32,000 nt of DNA from Candidatus Baldrarchaeota archaeon. GTDB taxonomy: Archaea; Asgardarchaeota; Baldrarchaeia; Baldrarchaeales; DXJG01. The position numbers and the translations under genes are program-made. The stretch lies in NCBI GenBank assembly GCA_019056805.1, contig DXJG01000001.1, positions 1 through 32,000 on the forward strand. Direction: 5' to 3'. The notes beneath the pieces were generated by a model. It searched no databases, was not told the DNA's origin, and was given only the letters and a program-made list of their open reading frames with translations. Below, piece after piece: positions 8,065-17,912 of the stretch (its first letter is position 1; the number at the start of each line of letters is the position of its first letter).

Positions 8065-8905
8065 TATCTTCGCCTCTATAGAATAATCTTTTTCGAATTC
8101 TTCTGTATATATCCACTGGTTTTATTCTCGCAAACAATGCTGGTGTAGCTGATCTTTTTATTTTGATTGTGGCGTTTGGAGAGAGGTCGTATTGGAATTG
8201 TCCATCAATTACCAACAATGCTTCGGTACTAGGTTTTAGTAATTTAATTGTTACAGTGCTTTCTGAAGGAACGATTAGGGGTTTTAACGTAAGGCCAAGG
8301 GGGCAAATAGGGATTATTATAAATGCTTTTACTCTTGGGTCGATAATTGCTCCTCCAGCAGACAAGGCATATGCGGTGGATCCTATTGGTGTTGCAACTA
8401 ATAGTCCATCTGCTTTTTCCGATGATACATTTTTATCATCAACCTTAACTTGAAAATGAAGTAGTTTTGCGGGTTGTTTTGAAGTTATTAAAACTTCGTT
8501 TAGGGCATCTGGAAGTCTTTTGTCGTCAATTATTGATGTTATCCTTTCGCATTCCTCTATTTCAAAATCTCCGCTTAAAATTTTTTCAAGAGATTCTATT
8601 GCTCTACTCGGTTCGGTTTCTGTTAAAAATCCTAGGGTTCCCATATTGATTGAAAATATTGGACAGGAAGTTTTGAGGCGCGCTGCTGTTAGCAGAACTG
8701 TTCCATCTCCCCCTATCGTTATTACTAAATCTGATTTTACTTCCTCTAATGGCTGAAATGTCACATCACATCTTATTTTTTTAACCATTTTCTCATCTAA
8801 TATTATATGTACGTTTTTAGATTTGAGATAATTTATTATTTTTTCAACTAAATTAATAGCTTCTGTTTTATCCGGTCTTGCTGTAATAGCTATTGTTTTA
8901 ATCAT
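8039..8905 (-). CDS. nadK: NAD(+) kinase
   Basis: GGDGT, LGFLTE, ALNE, ADGLLVATPIGSTAYALSAGG. The start at 8905 follows a GGTGGAG SD; the ORF track extends to 8947. Confidence 0.95.
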   Translation of the reverse strand: MIKTIAITARPDKTEAINLVEKIINYLKSKNVHIILDEKMVKKIRCDVTFQPLEEVKSDLVITIGGDGTVLLTAARLKTSCPIFSINMGTLGFLTETEPSRAIESLEKILSGDFEIEECERITSIIDDKRLPDALNEVLITSKQPAKLLHFQVKVDDKNVSSEKADGLLVATPIGSTAYALSAGGAIIDPRVKAFIIIPICPLGLTLKPLIVPSESTVTIKLLKPSTEALLVIDGQFQYDLSPNATIKIKRSATPALFARIKPVDIYRRIRKRLFYRGEDIEQKDFNS

Positions 8906-9275
8906 CTCTCTCCACCAAGTTACTTTTTGAAGTACATCAGCCAACACGATGAAAGCACTCTAATTTCGGTAACCTTCAATTAATCAACGATTACTTTGAA
9001 TTTTACATACCAATATTAATTTTAGACGTGAATAGATTACATGGTGATCTATTTAAGTTTCGATTTTGAAACTTCTATTGTTGATTTAATTTTTAACTTT
9101 TTTAGTATTTGAATCGAATCCAATAACTATATATAGAGTGATACTCAGAACGATACCAAACTGCATTAGGTTCTACTTAAGCAAAGTTACTGGTAATTGT
9201 TGATGATGAAACTATATATGTAGCCAATAACTTAAAAATGGTTGAACCTTTATTCATGTGAGTAAGGTGAGTACA

Positions 9276-9674
9276 ATGTCATCAAAGGTAGTTGGTGTTG
9301 GAACATTAAGGGAAGGTAGCTACATTATAATTGATGGAGAACCATGTAGAATAGTGAGTTTGGAAAAAAGCAAGCCAGGAAAACATGGAGCTGCAAAAGC
9401 AAGAATAGTTGCAATAGGATTATTTGATGGTGTGAAGAGAAGTATAATAAAACCGGTAGATGCTAAGATTGAAGTTCCCATAGTAGATAAGCGTGTAGGT
9501 CAAGTTATATCACTTAGACCTTTAATGATCATGGATTTAGAGAATCCAGAAATATTTTTTGAAACAGAGATGCCTGAGGACGAAGAGCTAGCCTCAAAGT
9601 TAAAGGAAGGTGTCCAAGTAGAATATTGGAATATTTTGGGAAGAAAAAAGATTGTTCGTGTAAAATCGGGATAA
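9276..9674 (+). CDS. eif5a: Translation factor aIF5A
   Basis: Hypusination motif SKPGKHGAAKAR. A GGTGA SD precedes the ATG at 9276. Confidence 0.96.
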   Translation: MSSKVVGVGTLREGSYIIIDGEPCRIVSLEKSKPGKHGAAKARIVAIGLFDGVKRSIIKPVDAKIEVPIVDKRVGQVISLRPLMIMDLENPEIFFETEMPEDEELASKLKEGVQVEYWNILGRKKIVRVKSG

Positions 9675-9767
9675 ATGTTTGTGTCCGATGAAGAAAAGGG
9701 ACCATCGGATTTGATGAAGACCCCTATGAGTACGGAGGACTAATTCACTGTATAATCAAAGAACAAA

Positions 9768-10250
9768 TTACTTTATTTCTATACGAAACTTTTTAACCTT
9801 CTTTGGAAGTCTGATTTCTAATATTCCTTGTTTGAATCTTGCTTGAGCTCTCTTAGGATCCACTTTACTTGGTAATTTTATTAGTTTCTTAAATTTCTGG
9901 AATTCCACTTCTTCTTGAACAGTTCCCCATCGATTGAATTTTATGCTCTTCTTCATAGTAGCTTGAATTTCTAAAGTGTCTGAAGTTGCATTTATTTTTA
10001 TGGCATCTTTGTCTACACAAGGCAAGTCTACTGTCACAATAACGTCATCTTCAGTTTCTTGAATGTCAACAAGTGGTTCTAAGCACTTTTCTTTTAAGTT
10101 AAACATCGGTTTCTCTACATCAAACGATTCAAATACTTCTTCAAATGCATCTCTAATCCTTTGCCTTACATCCTCAAAAATGTCATATATTCTTTCGAAA
10201 ATATCTTTCCTTTTTTCTTTCTCCCCCATTTCAATCACCTGTTTAAACAT
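9768..10250 (-). CDS. Small heat-shock protein (Hsp20/alpha-crystallin)
   Basis: EPLVDI.ET.D.V.V.VDLP.V.K..I, I.LP..VDP..A.A.F..GILEIRLPK, and a C-terminal IxI motif (IEI). Alternative start 10229. Confidence 0.92.
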   Translation of the reverse strand: MFKQVIEMGEKEKRKDIFERIYDIFEDVRQRIRDAFEEVFESFDVEKPMFNLKEKCLEPLVDIQETEDDVIVTVDLPCVDKDAIKINATSDTLEIQATMKKSIKFNRWGTVQEEVEFQKFKKLIKLPSKVDPKRAQARFKQGILEIRLPKKVKKFRIEIK

Positions 10251-11001
10251 ACATCATTGGCGGAATACCATGTTCCTGAGATTTACCCATCCGAGCCATA
10301 GTTTGTGAGGTTGTCCTCATTAAATCTCTCAATCTTATTCTAAGTTCCTCTGCTCTCTCTAAAAGAGGCTTAATATCAATGTCTACACCTAAAATCCTAG
10401 ATAATACAGTTACTACCGATGCTGCAGCCCCTGGATCAGGATAACGAGCAAAAGCCTGAGCAGATAATAGCACTGCGTTTACATTCTTATTATAACATTC
10501 CATAAACATCGCGGCGTAGGGTCCTACCATCATTCCTTCTTCTAGTTTTTTGATTCCTAACTGTTCAACTACACGTTCTGCTTTTTCTCCACATACTGCT
10601 GTAAAAACATCTGGTTTTTCGATGTCCATTCGATTTGGTACGGGTAGTCCTCCTATCATTAGAAGTATGTCAGCTTTGTTTTCTTTGGCCCAGTTAACTA
10701 TTTTGGATGAAAGTGGGAATATTGCTGCGGGTGGGATGGGAATTTCGGATAAGATGAGGAACGTATTATTATAACTGTAAATTCTAACGGGAAATGCTGG
10801 TTTACCTTTGTGGAGGATTATTAATGGTGGAAATAATGATGAGCGGAGATATCCAACTTCTTCCATTTTTAATGTTTCTACTAGAAACATACTTGCGATT
10901 GTTCCTACTAGACCAACTTCAGGGAATCCAAGTATGATTTTTGAATTTTCGGTATTTATTGTCTTTTTATGCACAATTTCTATCGTACTTTCGTTTTCCA
11001 T
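10243..11001 (-). CDS. Proteasome assembly chaperone family protein (PAC2/PbaB-like)
   Basis: GFPEVGLVGTIA, SEIPIP, YPDPGAAA, VDIDI.PLLE.AEE, C-terminal MMYV (HbYX-like). Confidence 0.9.
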   Translation of the reverse strand: MENESTIEIVHKKTINTENSKIILGFPEVGLVGTIASMFLVETLKMEEVGYLRSSLFPPLIILHKGKPAFPVRIYSYNNTFLILSEIPIPPAAIFPLSSKIVNWAKENKADILLMIGGLPVPNRMDIEKPDVFTAVCGEKAERVVEQLGIKKLEEGMMVGPYAAMFMECYNKNVNAVLLSAQAFARYPDPGAAASVVTVLSRILGVDIDIKPLLERAEELRIRLRDLMRTTSQTMARMGKSQEHGIPPMMYV

Positions 11002-11218
11002 ATTTTACACCACTTTAGCTTGTACTTTTTTCATTTTATTTTTAGCCTTTTAGGGCTTAAAATTTTATCTCAGCTTTTTATTAGTATTTAGAATTTAGAT
11101 TTTTGTTGTCATTTAAAATCTTGATTATTTCATTTCATTATTTCATTTGAAAGATAATTTTTTATTTGGCATAAGACTTTCAAATGTATGATTCACTTTT
11201 CTAGCGAGGGTTATTATC

Positions 11219-12562
11219 TTGGTTCTCGAGAAATTGGGAAAATCTTTGCATGAAGCTATAAGAAAACTATTAAGGGCGCCACTTGTAGATGAAAAAACCA
11301 TTAAAGAGCTAGTAAGGGACATCCAAAGATCTCTTTTACAGGCTGATGTTAATGTTGAACTGGTTCTAAAACTCTCTAAAAATATTGAGAAACGTGCGTT
11401 ATCTGAAGAAGTTCCTCCTGGAATTTCAAGAAGAGAATACATCGTACAAATTGTATACGATGAATTAACAAAGTTTTTAGGTAAAACTCCTGTTCCACCA
11501 AGAATTAAGCCTGGAAAACCCAATGTGGTTATGCTTGTTGGAATTCAAGGCAGTGGAAAAACTACTTCCGCTGCTAAACTTGCTAGATATTTTCAAAAGA
11601 AGGGTTTAAAGGTTGCTTTAGTATGTGCAGATACCTATAGGCCAGGCGCTTTTGAGCAACTTTCACAATTGGCTAATCAGATAAATATCCCGATTTATGG
11701 CGAGCCAAATGAAAGAAATTCAGTTAAAATAGCTAAAAATGGCATTAAGAAATTTTCCGCTGAAGGATACGAAGTTATAATTGTAGACACTGCTGGAAGA
11801 CATAAAGAAGAAGAAAGATTAATGAAAGAAATGAAGGAAATAGCTAATGCTATAAAACCTGATGAAATCATCCTTGTAATTGATGGTACTCTTGGTCAAC
11901 AAGCTGCTTCTCAAGCTAAAGTCTTCCATGAAACGACACCTATCGGATCTATTTTAGTTACTAAATTGGATAGTTCAGCAAGGGGTGGAGGTGCCCTCTC
12001 AGCTGTTGCCGAGACTGGTGCTCCTATAAAATTTATTGGTACTGGTGAAAAGTTGGATGATATCGAGCTATTTGATCCTCCTCGTTTTGTAGGTAGATTA
12101 CTTGGTATGGGAGATATTAGAGGATTGCTGGAAAAAATACAGGAAGCGAAAATTGTTCCAGAGAAAGACGTTATCAAGTCTTTTATGACTGGGAAATTTA
12201 CATTAAAAGATATGTATTATCAGCTTGAGTCTGTAAGAAAAATGGGGCCTCTTAAAAAATTATGGGAATTTTTAGGTTTGGGTTATAGGTTGCCAGATGA
12301 TTTAAAGGAAGTTGCTGAAGAGAAATTAGATAAGTGGAAGGTTATTTTGCAGTCTATGACTCGGGAAGAATTGGAGAATCCTAAGATTATTAACCGTTCA
12401 CGTACAACTCGAATTGCTAGGGGCTCTGGAACCACTACTAGGGATGTTAAGGAACTTGTTGATCAATACTTTATGTTTAAAAAATTCTTCAAGCGAATGA
12501 TTAGGCGTAGAGTTCCTGGAATGCGTAAATTTCCCGGGTTTGACGCGCTAGGAAAGAAGTGA
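11219..12562 (+). CDS. srp54: Signal recognition particle protein SRP54
   Basis: LLQADVNV, GIQGSGKTT, DTAGRH, TKLDSSARGGGALS, M-domain SR..RIARGSG; TTG start. Confidence 0.98.
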   Translation: MVLEKLGKSLHEAIRKLLRAPLVDEKTIKELVRDIQRSLLQADVNVELVLKLSKNIEKRALSEEVPPGISRREYIVQIVYDELTKFLGKTPVPPRIKPGKPNVVMLVGIQGSGKTTSAAKLARYFQKKGLKVALVCADTYRPGAFEQLSQLANQINIPIYGEPNERNSVKIAKNGIKKFSAEGYEVIIVDTAGRHKEEERLMKEMKEIANAIKPDEIILVIDGTLGQQAASQAKVFHETTPIGSILVTKLDSSARGGGALSAVAETGAPIKFIGTGEKLDDIELFDPPRFVGRLLGMGDIRGLLEKIQEAKIVPEKDVIKSFMTGKFTLKDMYYQLESVRKMGPLKKLWEFLGLGYRLPDDLKEVAEEKLDKWKVILQSMTREELENPKIINRSRTTRIARGSGTTTRDVKELVDQYFMFKKFFKRMIRRRVPGMRKFPGFDALGKK

Positions 12563-12565
12563 CAA

Positions 12566-13933
12566 TTGTTGAGGGAGGGCGGCACGATAGAGAGTGATGT
12601 TTTAGAAAAAGCGTTGAGAATGTTGAAGAAATATCCTTTGTGTGATCATTGTTTAGGTCGCAGTTTTGCTTTACTGGGCACTTCTACCGATAATCGTATA
12701 AGAGGTTTTTCTATCAAAACTCTTTTAACTTTAGAAGCTCATAGACTTTTAGAAGAAGGAAATGAACTAGGATACGAAATTTTGAAGATTTTAGCAGTGA
12801 ATGGAAATTTTTTTATGGCAAAAGATCTGCTTAAAAAGAAAAGGGGCGAAGATGTACCTGCTGGGCCATCATGCTATATTTGTGGTAGCATATTTCAGAA
12901 AATAGAGGAGATTGTAAAGGCTATTATAAAAAAGGTAGAAAAATATGAATTTAATACATTTTTAGTGGGTTCTCGTGTAGATGTATCTATTTTGGAGAAA
13001 GAAGATGAGTTAAGAGCAAACATGGGACTCTCTTATGGCGAATCAATTAAAAGAGAAATAAACCGAGAAATAGGGAAAAAACTACAGGAAAAGATGAGTA
13101 AAAAAGCGGATTTTGAGAATCCAGATATTGTTATACTGGTCGTTATATCTAAGGATCTTTCATATGAAATAGACGTTAAAGTAAATCCTATTTTCATATA
13201 TGGACGTTATAGGAAACTTATCCGTGGTATACCTCAATCGACTTGGCTTTGTAAAAAATGTGGCGGGAAAGGTTGTGAACACTGTAATTGGACTGGGAAA
13301 AAACATCAAGAATCTGTAGAAGAACTTATAACAGCTCCAATATTAGACATTATAAAGGGTGAAGATATTATCTTTCATGGAGCAGGGAGAGAAGACATAG
13401 ACGCTAGGATGTTAGGTAATGGTAGGCCGTTCATTGTTGAAATAAAAAGACCTCTGAAACGATTCATTTCTCTGAAAGAGGTGGAAAAATACATAAACAA
13501 TTATGCAAAAGGTAAAATTGAAGTAAAGGATTTAAAATGGGCAAGTAGAGAAGACATTAGGAACCTTAAGGCTCTATCTCAGATAACGGCTAAAGTATAT
13601 AGAGTTTTGGTGGAAACAAAAAAGCCGGTATCTGAAGATGATATAAAAAAGCTAGAACAAGTGCTCAGTGGCGCTACCATTAAACAACGAACTCCACTAC
13701 GTGTAATTCATCGAAGAGCTGATAAGGTTCGTACAAAGGTTGTTTATGAAGTGAAAGCCAAAAAGATTGATGACACTCACTTTGAACTTATAATTAAATG
13801 TCAAGGAGGTTTATATGTAAAAGAACTCGTTTCGGGTGATGGAGGGCGTACTGTTCCAAGCGTTTCTGAAATTTTAGATAATCAGGCTACATGTGTCGAG
13901 TTAGACGTGTTAGATGTAGAGACAGTTACATGA
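12566..13933 (+). CDS. pus10: tRNA pseudouridine(54/55) synthase Pus10
   Basis: CDHCLGR, THUMP-like region, GRYRKLIRGIPQ, catalytic GAGREDIDARM, GGLYVKELVSGD.GRT.PS. Confidence 0.96.
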   Translation: MLREGGTIESDVLEKALRMLKKYPLCDHCLGRSFALLGTSTDNRIRGFSIKTLLTLEAHRLLEEGNELGYEILKILAVNGNFFMAKDLLKKKRGEDVPAGPSCYICGSIFQKIEEIVKAIIKKVEKYEFNTFLVGSRVDVSILEKEDELRANMGLSYGESIKREINREIGKKLQEKMSKKADFENPDIVILVVISKDLSYEIDVKVNPIFIYGRYRKLIRGIPQSTWLCKKCGGKGCEHCNWTGKKHQESVEELITAPILDIIKGEDIIFHGAGREDIDARMLGNGRPFIVEIKRPLKRFISLKEVEKYINNYAKGKIEVKDLKWASREDIRNLKALSQITAKVYRVLVETKKPVSEDDIKKLEQVLSGATIKQRTPLRVIHRRADKVRTKVVYEVKAKKIDDTHFELIIKCQGGLYVKELVSGDGGRTVPSVSEILDNQATCVELDVLDVETVT

Positions 13934-14032
13934 CATTATTCGAAAACCTTTTATTTTCCATCACTGCTTTCACTATGACACTGCTCAGTGTTGATAAGGT
14001 CAAATAATTTATCAGTTTGTGAGGCGACAACA

Positions 14033-14320
14033 ATGAAAAAATCGAAGGGATTTAGAAGCAGAACTAGAAAGTTATTAAGGAAACCTCCTAGAAAAAGAGG
14101 GCTTCCCCCCATTGGTAAAATGCTTAGAGAATATCAAATAGGAGATAGAGTACATATAATAATTGAACCTAGTGTTCATAAGGGAACACCACATCCTAGA
14201 TTTCACGGTAAGACTGGTGTTGTAATAGGGAAACGTGGCCGTGCATATATGATATCTGTTCGAGATGGAAAGGCTGAAAAAATCATATTCGCCCGTTCTG
14301 AACATCTTTCACCAGCCTAG
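14033..14320 (+). CDS. rpl21e: 50S ribosomal protein L21e
   Basis: MKKSKGFRSRTR...PHPRFHGKTG.V...GRAY; canonical position between pus10 and rpo4. Confidence 0.97.
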   Translation: MKKSKGFRSRTRKLLRKPPRKRGLPPIGKMLREYQIGDRVHIIIEPSVHKGTPHPRFHGKTGVVIGKRGRAYMISVRDGKAEKIIFARSEHLSPA

Positions 14321-14322
14321 AG

Positions 14323-14664
14323 GTGGATTATTTGCCGAAAAAAATAATAAAAGAAGAAATTTTAACGTTACCTGAAGTAAAACAGCTACTTGAAGAAAGA
14401 GCTAAGGAAGAATTAAGTTATATGCAAAGAATAACCTTGGATTACGTTTCTAAATTTTCAAAATTATCGGCTGAAGCGGCAAGACAGATGGTAAATGAGT
14501 TAATTGAAGAATTTAATTTAAAACCTGAAACAGCTGTGCAGATAGCTAATATATTACCGGATACTATTCATGAACTTAGGGTTCTTTTAACTACCGAGCC
14601 AAAAACTTTTACTTCAGATGAACTTAAAAAAATGATGGAAATATTAAAGAAGTATCAAAAATAA
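14323..14664 (+). CDS. rpo4: RNA polymerase subunit Rpo4 (F)
   Basis: E..L.Y.Q...LDY..KFSKL, AVQIANILP....ELR; conserved synteny. Confidence 0.93.
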   Translation: MDYLPKKIIKEEILTLPEVKQLLEERAKEELSYMQRITLDYVSKFSKLSAEAARQMVNELIEEFNLKPETAVQIANILPDTIHELRVLLTTEPKTFTSDELKKMMEILKKYQK

Positions 14665-14679
14665 TTTGAGAGATCTGGA

Positions 14680-15267
14680 ATGTACGCTCCGAGAAAGAAG
14701 TATGAAGAGTTTGCATATGTATTAGATTATTTACCGCAGGGTAGGCCGGATTATCGTAAACCAGTATATAGTAGAGAACCTATTGTTTTGGCAATAGGGG
14801 AAGATTTTTTCACTCTTCTAGAATTAGTTCCGAAAAAAGACGTGGATATTTCTCTTCATGAAAGAGTCTATATAGGTAAGGGTTTTAGGGATAAAATTGA
14901 CCATGTTAAGAGAAGAATAACTTATAATGACCTTACGGCGGCAGCCAAAGCGGAATTACCTTATGTTTTGGAAAAAATTGTTAGAGAAAGAGAATCTTTC
15001 TTTGTTGATTTCTTCAATAAGGCACAGCCGATAACGATGAGAATGCATCAATTAGAGCTCTTGCCAGGTATAGGGAAAAAGATTATGTGGGAGATTTTAG
15101 AAGAAAGAAAGAAAGCACCTTTTAAAAGTTTCGATGACTTGTCGTCCCGTGTAAAGATGCCTGACCCGGTAAAAACAATAGTAAAACGGATATTGACTGA
15201 ATTAGAAGGCGAAGATAAATATTATCTTTTTACTCGCCCATTTAAACCCCAGCAACGGACTGCTTAA
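14680..15267 (+). CDS. DUF655 family predicted RNA-binding protein (HhH)
   Basis: AYVLDYL..G, FTLLEL, RMHQLELLPGIGKK; conserved position after rpo4. Confidence 0.92.
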   Translation: MYAPRKKYEEFAYVLDYLPQGRPDYRKPVYSREPIVLAIGEDFFTLLELVPKKDVDISLHERVYIGKGFRDKIDHVKRRITYNDLTAAAKAELPYVLEKIVRERESFFVDFFNKAQPITMRMHQLELLPGIGKKIMWEILEERKKAPFKSFDDLSSRVKMPDPVKTIVKRILTELEGEDKYYLFTRPFKPQQRTA

Positions 15268-15269
15268 AA

Positions 15270-16133
15270 ATGACGCATTTATTCAGTGAAACCCTATTTT
15301 TGTTAAAGAAGTATAGTATTAAGCCGAGAAGAAGTTTGGGTCAACATTTTATTGTAAATGAAAATGTTGTTGAAAGGATGATAAATTATGCTGATGTAAA
15401 CTGTAATGATGTTGTTTTGGAGATTGGAGCAGGTCTAGGAACTTTAACCAGTAGGTTAGCCAAACATGCCAAAAAAGTCTACGCTGTAGAGGTAGATCCA
15501 AAATTATGTGAAGTTTTGCATGACAGGTTCTCGACAATCAATAATATTGAAGTTATATGTGAAGACGTCCTAGAAATGAATTTTCCATCAGATTTAAATA
15601 AAATTATTTCAAATCTTCCTTATTCAATAGCAACCCCAGTAACTTTCAAAATTTTAGACTCTTCTTTTCAATTAGCTATCCTTACTTACCAATTAGATGT
15701 AGCAAAAAGATTGGCAGCAAATCCTGGGACAAGAGATTACGGAAGACTTACAGTAGCGGTTTACTATAAAGTTGATGTACATTTCCTTGAAAAAGTATCA
15801 AAAAACGCTTTTTATCCTAGACCTAAAGTAGATTCTGCTATAGTGCTTCTAAAACCGAAACAAAAACCGTTTAATGTAATTGATGAGAAATATTTTCTAG
15901 ATACCGTAAGAGACCTTTTTTCCTATAGAAATAAAGTGTTAAAGAAAGCTTTAACTCTTCTTCTTTCTAAAAGGAATCTTAAAAAAGAGATATCAAAGGA
16001 AATTATAGAAGTTGTTGAGCGAGAAAAAATAAATCTCCAAAAGAGAGTATATACTTTAAGTCCCGCAGAGTTTGCTAAGATTGCAAATATCCTTTATTCC
16101 AAGACGGTGGAAGAGCCGCATGACCCCTGTTAA
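15270..16133 (+). CDS. rsmA: 16S rRNA adenine dimethyltransferase RsmA/KsgA/Dim1
   Basis: LGQHF, LEIGAGLG.LT, VEVD, SNLPYSI, YGRLTV, FYPRPKVDS. Confidence 0.96.
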   Translation: MTHLFSETLFLLKKYSIKPRRSLGQHFIVNENVVERMINYADVNCNDVVLEIGAGLGTLTSRLAKHAKKVYAVEVDPKLCEVLHDRFSTINNIEVICEDVLEMNFPSDLNKIISNLPYSIATPVTFKILDSSFQLAILTYQLDVAKRLAANPGTRDYGRLTVAVYYKVDVHFLEKVSKNAFYPRPKVDSAIVLLKPKQKPFNVIDEKYFLDTVRDLFSYRNKVLKKALTLLLSKRNLKKEISKEIIEVVEREKINLQKRVYTLSPAEFAKIANILYSKTVEEPHDPC

Positions 16134-16731
16134 AGTAGCCTTTTACGGCAAGTATAAATTTGAGATTTTTGATGGAGTCTACGAACCTGCTGAGGATTCT
16201 TTTCTTCTTGCTGACAATTTGCAAGTAAGATATGGAGATATAGTACTTGATCTTGGAACGGGCTGTGGAATCCTAGGGATAGTTGCAGCAGGAAAAGCGA
16301 AAAAAGTTGTGGCAACAGATATATCTCCAATTGCTGTAAAATGCGCTAAACATAATGCAAAAATTAATAACCTGGCCGATAAAGTGGATGTTAGGCTTGG
16401 AAATCTGTTTCAACCAATAAAATCTTCAGAAAGATTTGACTTAATAATTTTCAATCCACCTTATTTACCTAAATCTCCATATGATAACGATGATTGGATT
16501 TCAAAAACATGGAATGGAGGAAAAAGCGGTAGAGAAGTTATAGATAAATTTTTAGAAGAATTTGATAATTATTTAAAATATAAAGGGAAAGTTCAAATTG
16601 TACAGTCAAATTTCTCTAATCCGTGTCTAACAATAAAAAAACTTAAAGAAAAAGGGTTTTCAGTGCAGATAACTGCAAGCAAAAAATTGCCGTTTTTTGA
16701 AAAACTCTGCGTCCTTACAGCATGGAGATAG
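16120..16731 (+). CDS. HemK2/Mtq2-type SAM methyltransferase (putative aRF1 Gln methylase)
   Basis: VYEPAEDSFLL, LDLGTGCG, FNPPYLP, W.GG..GR.VI. The start at 16120 overlaps the end of rsmA. Confidence 0.9.
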   Translation: MTPVKVAFYGKYKFEIFDGVYEPAEDSFLLADNLQVRYGDIVLDLGTGCGILGIVAAGKAKKVVATDISPIAVKCAKHNAKINNLADKVDVRLGNLFQPIKSSERFDLIIFNPPYLPKSPYDNDDWISKTWNGGKSGREVIDKFLEEFDNYLKYKGKVQIVQSNFSNPCLTIKKLKEKGFSVQITASKKLPFFEKLCVLTAWR

Positions 16732-16742
16732 GAGGGATAAAT

Positions 16743-17909
16743 TTGCCCGCAAATTTACCACCGGAAGCATTAGCAAAACAAAGAAAATATCAGGAAGCAA
16801 AAACCATATCAGAGAAGATAAGAGCGCTTGAAGAATATATCGCTGCCATACCTAAGCATAAGGGTACGGAAAAGTTATTAATGCAACTTAAAAGGAAGTT
16901 AGCCAAGCTGAGGAAAGAGGCAGAGACGAGCTCTAAGCGAAGTGGGTGGAGTGGTGTATCTTTTCATGTTAAAAAGGAAGGAGCTGGGCAGGTAGTTCTT
17001 GTTGGTGTAACTTCTACTGGAAAAAGCGAATTACTTAAAGTTTTAACAGGATGCGATGTGGAAGTTGGTGATTATCCTTTTACCACAAAGCGTCCAGAAC
17101 CTGGTGTTACATACTATGAAGATGTACCTATTCAAGTTGTGGAAGTTCCAGCTCTTTTTGAAGGTGCTAGTTGTGGAAGTAGATTAGGATCACAAATACT
17201 TAGTGTTATTAGAAATGCAGATGTTGTGGCTCTTGTAGTTGATTTAACAATGGACATTGACTACCAAATGAAGGTATTAATGGAGGAATTAGCAAATGGT
17301 AAAATCTATCTTAATGCTACTCCTCCCCCTATAGAGGTTGAAAAAACTTCTGGGGGAGGAATAAACGTCGTGGGTAGTAATTGTCTTACGGATTGTAAGG
17401 TTGATGACATAGTGAACATACTCCGAAACCACGGGATATATAATGCCATAGTTAAAATATTTGGTCCCGTAACGTTACAGGACTTTATTAATACTTTAGA
17501 GGAAAGTATCACGTATAAACCGGCTCTTATTATAGCGACTAAAGGAGATCTACCTGGGACTAGTGATAATTATAAAAAATTGATGGGAAAATTTGGAGAC
17601 ATGTTTAGAATTGTTCCTGTATCCTCGAAGAAAGGAAAAGGACTTGATTTGTTAAAGAAAACTTTCTTTGAAATGTTAAATGTTGTTAGGGTGTACACAA
17701 GAGATCCTGCAAAAGGCGTGAGCGAAAAACCAATAATTTTAAAGAAGCCAGCAACGGTGGCCGATGTTGCAAAGAGAATTCATAAAAAGTTTATTGAAGA
17801 ATTTAAATTTGCACGTATTTGGAGAAAGTCTGAAAAAATTGAAGTTATGAAAGTTGGATTAGATTTTGAAGTTCAAGACTCTGATATTATTCAAATTTAT
17901 ACATCTTAA
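16743..17909 (+). CDS. DRG/OBG-family GTPase with C-terminal TGS domain
   Basis: N-terminal PKHKGTEKL, G1 GVTSTGKS, G2 YPFTT, G3-like EVPA, G4 TKGD, TGS (VA.RIHK.F...FKFARIW). The TTG at 16743 follows a GGAGG SD; the ORF track starts at 16722. Confidence 0.9.
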   Translation: MPANLPPEALAKQRKYQEAKTISEKIRALEEYIAAIPKHKGTEKLLMQLKRKLAKLRKEAETSSKRSGWSGVSFHVKKEGAGQVVLVGVTSTGKSELLKVLTGCDVEVGDYPFTTKRPEPGVTYYEDVPIQVVEVPALFEGASCGSRLGSQILSVIRNADVVALVVDLTMDIDYQMKVLMEELANGKIYLNATPPPIEVEKTSGGGINVVGSNCLTDCKVDDIVNILRNHGIYNAIVKIFGPVTLQDFINTLEESITYKPALIIATKGDLPGTSDNYKKLMGKFGDMFRIVPVSSKKGKGLDLLKKTFFEMLNVVRVYTRDPAKGVSEKPIILKKPATVADVAKRIHKKFIEEFKFARIWRKSEKIEVMKVGLDFEVQDSDIIQIYTS

Positions 17910-17912
17910 TTT

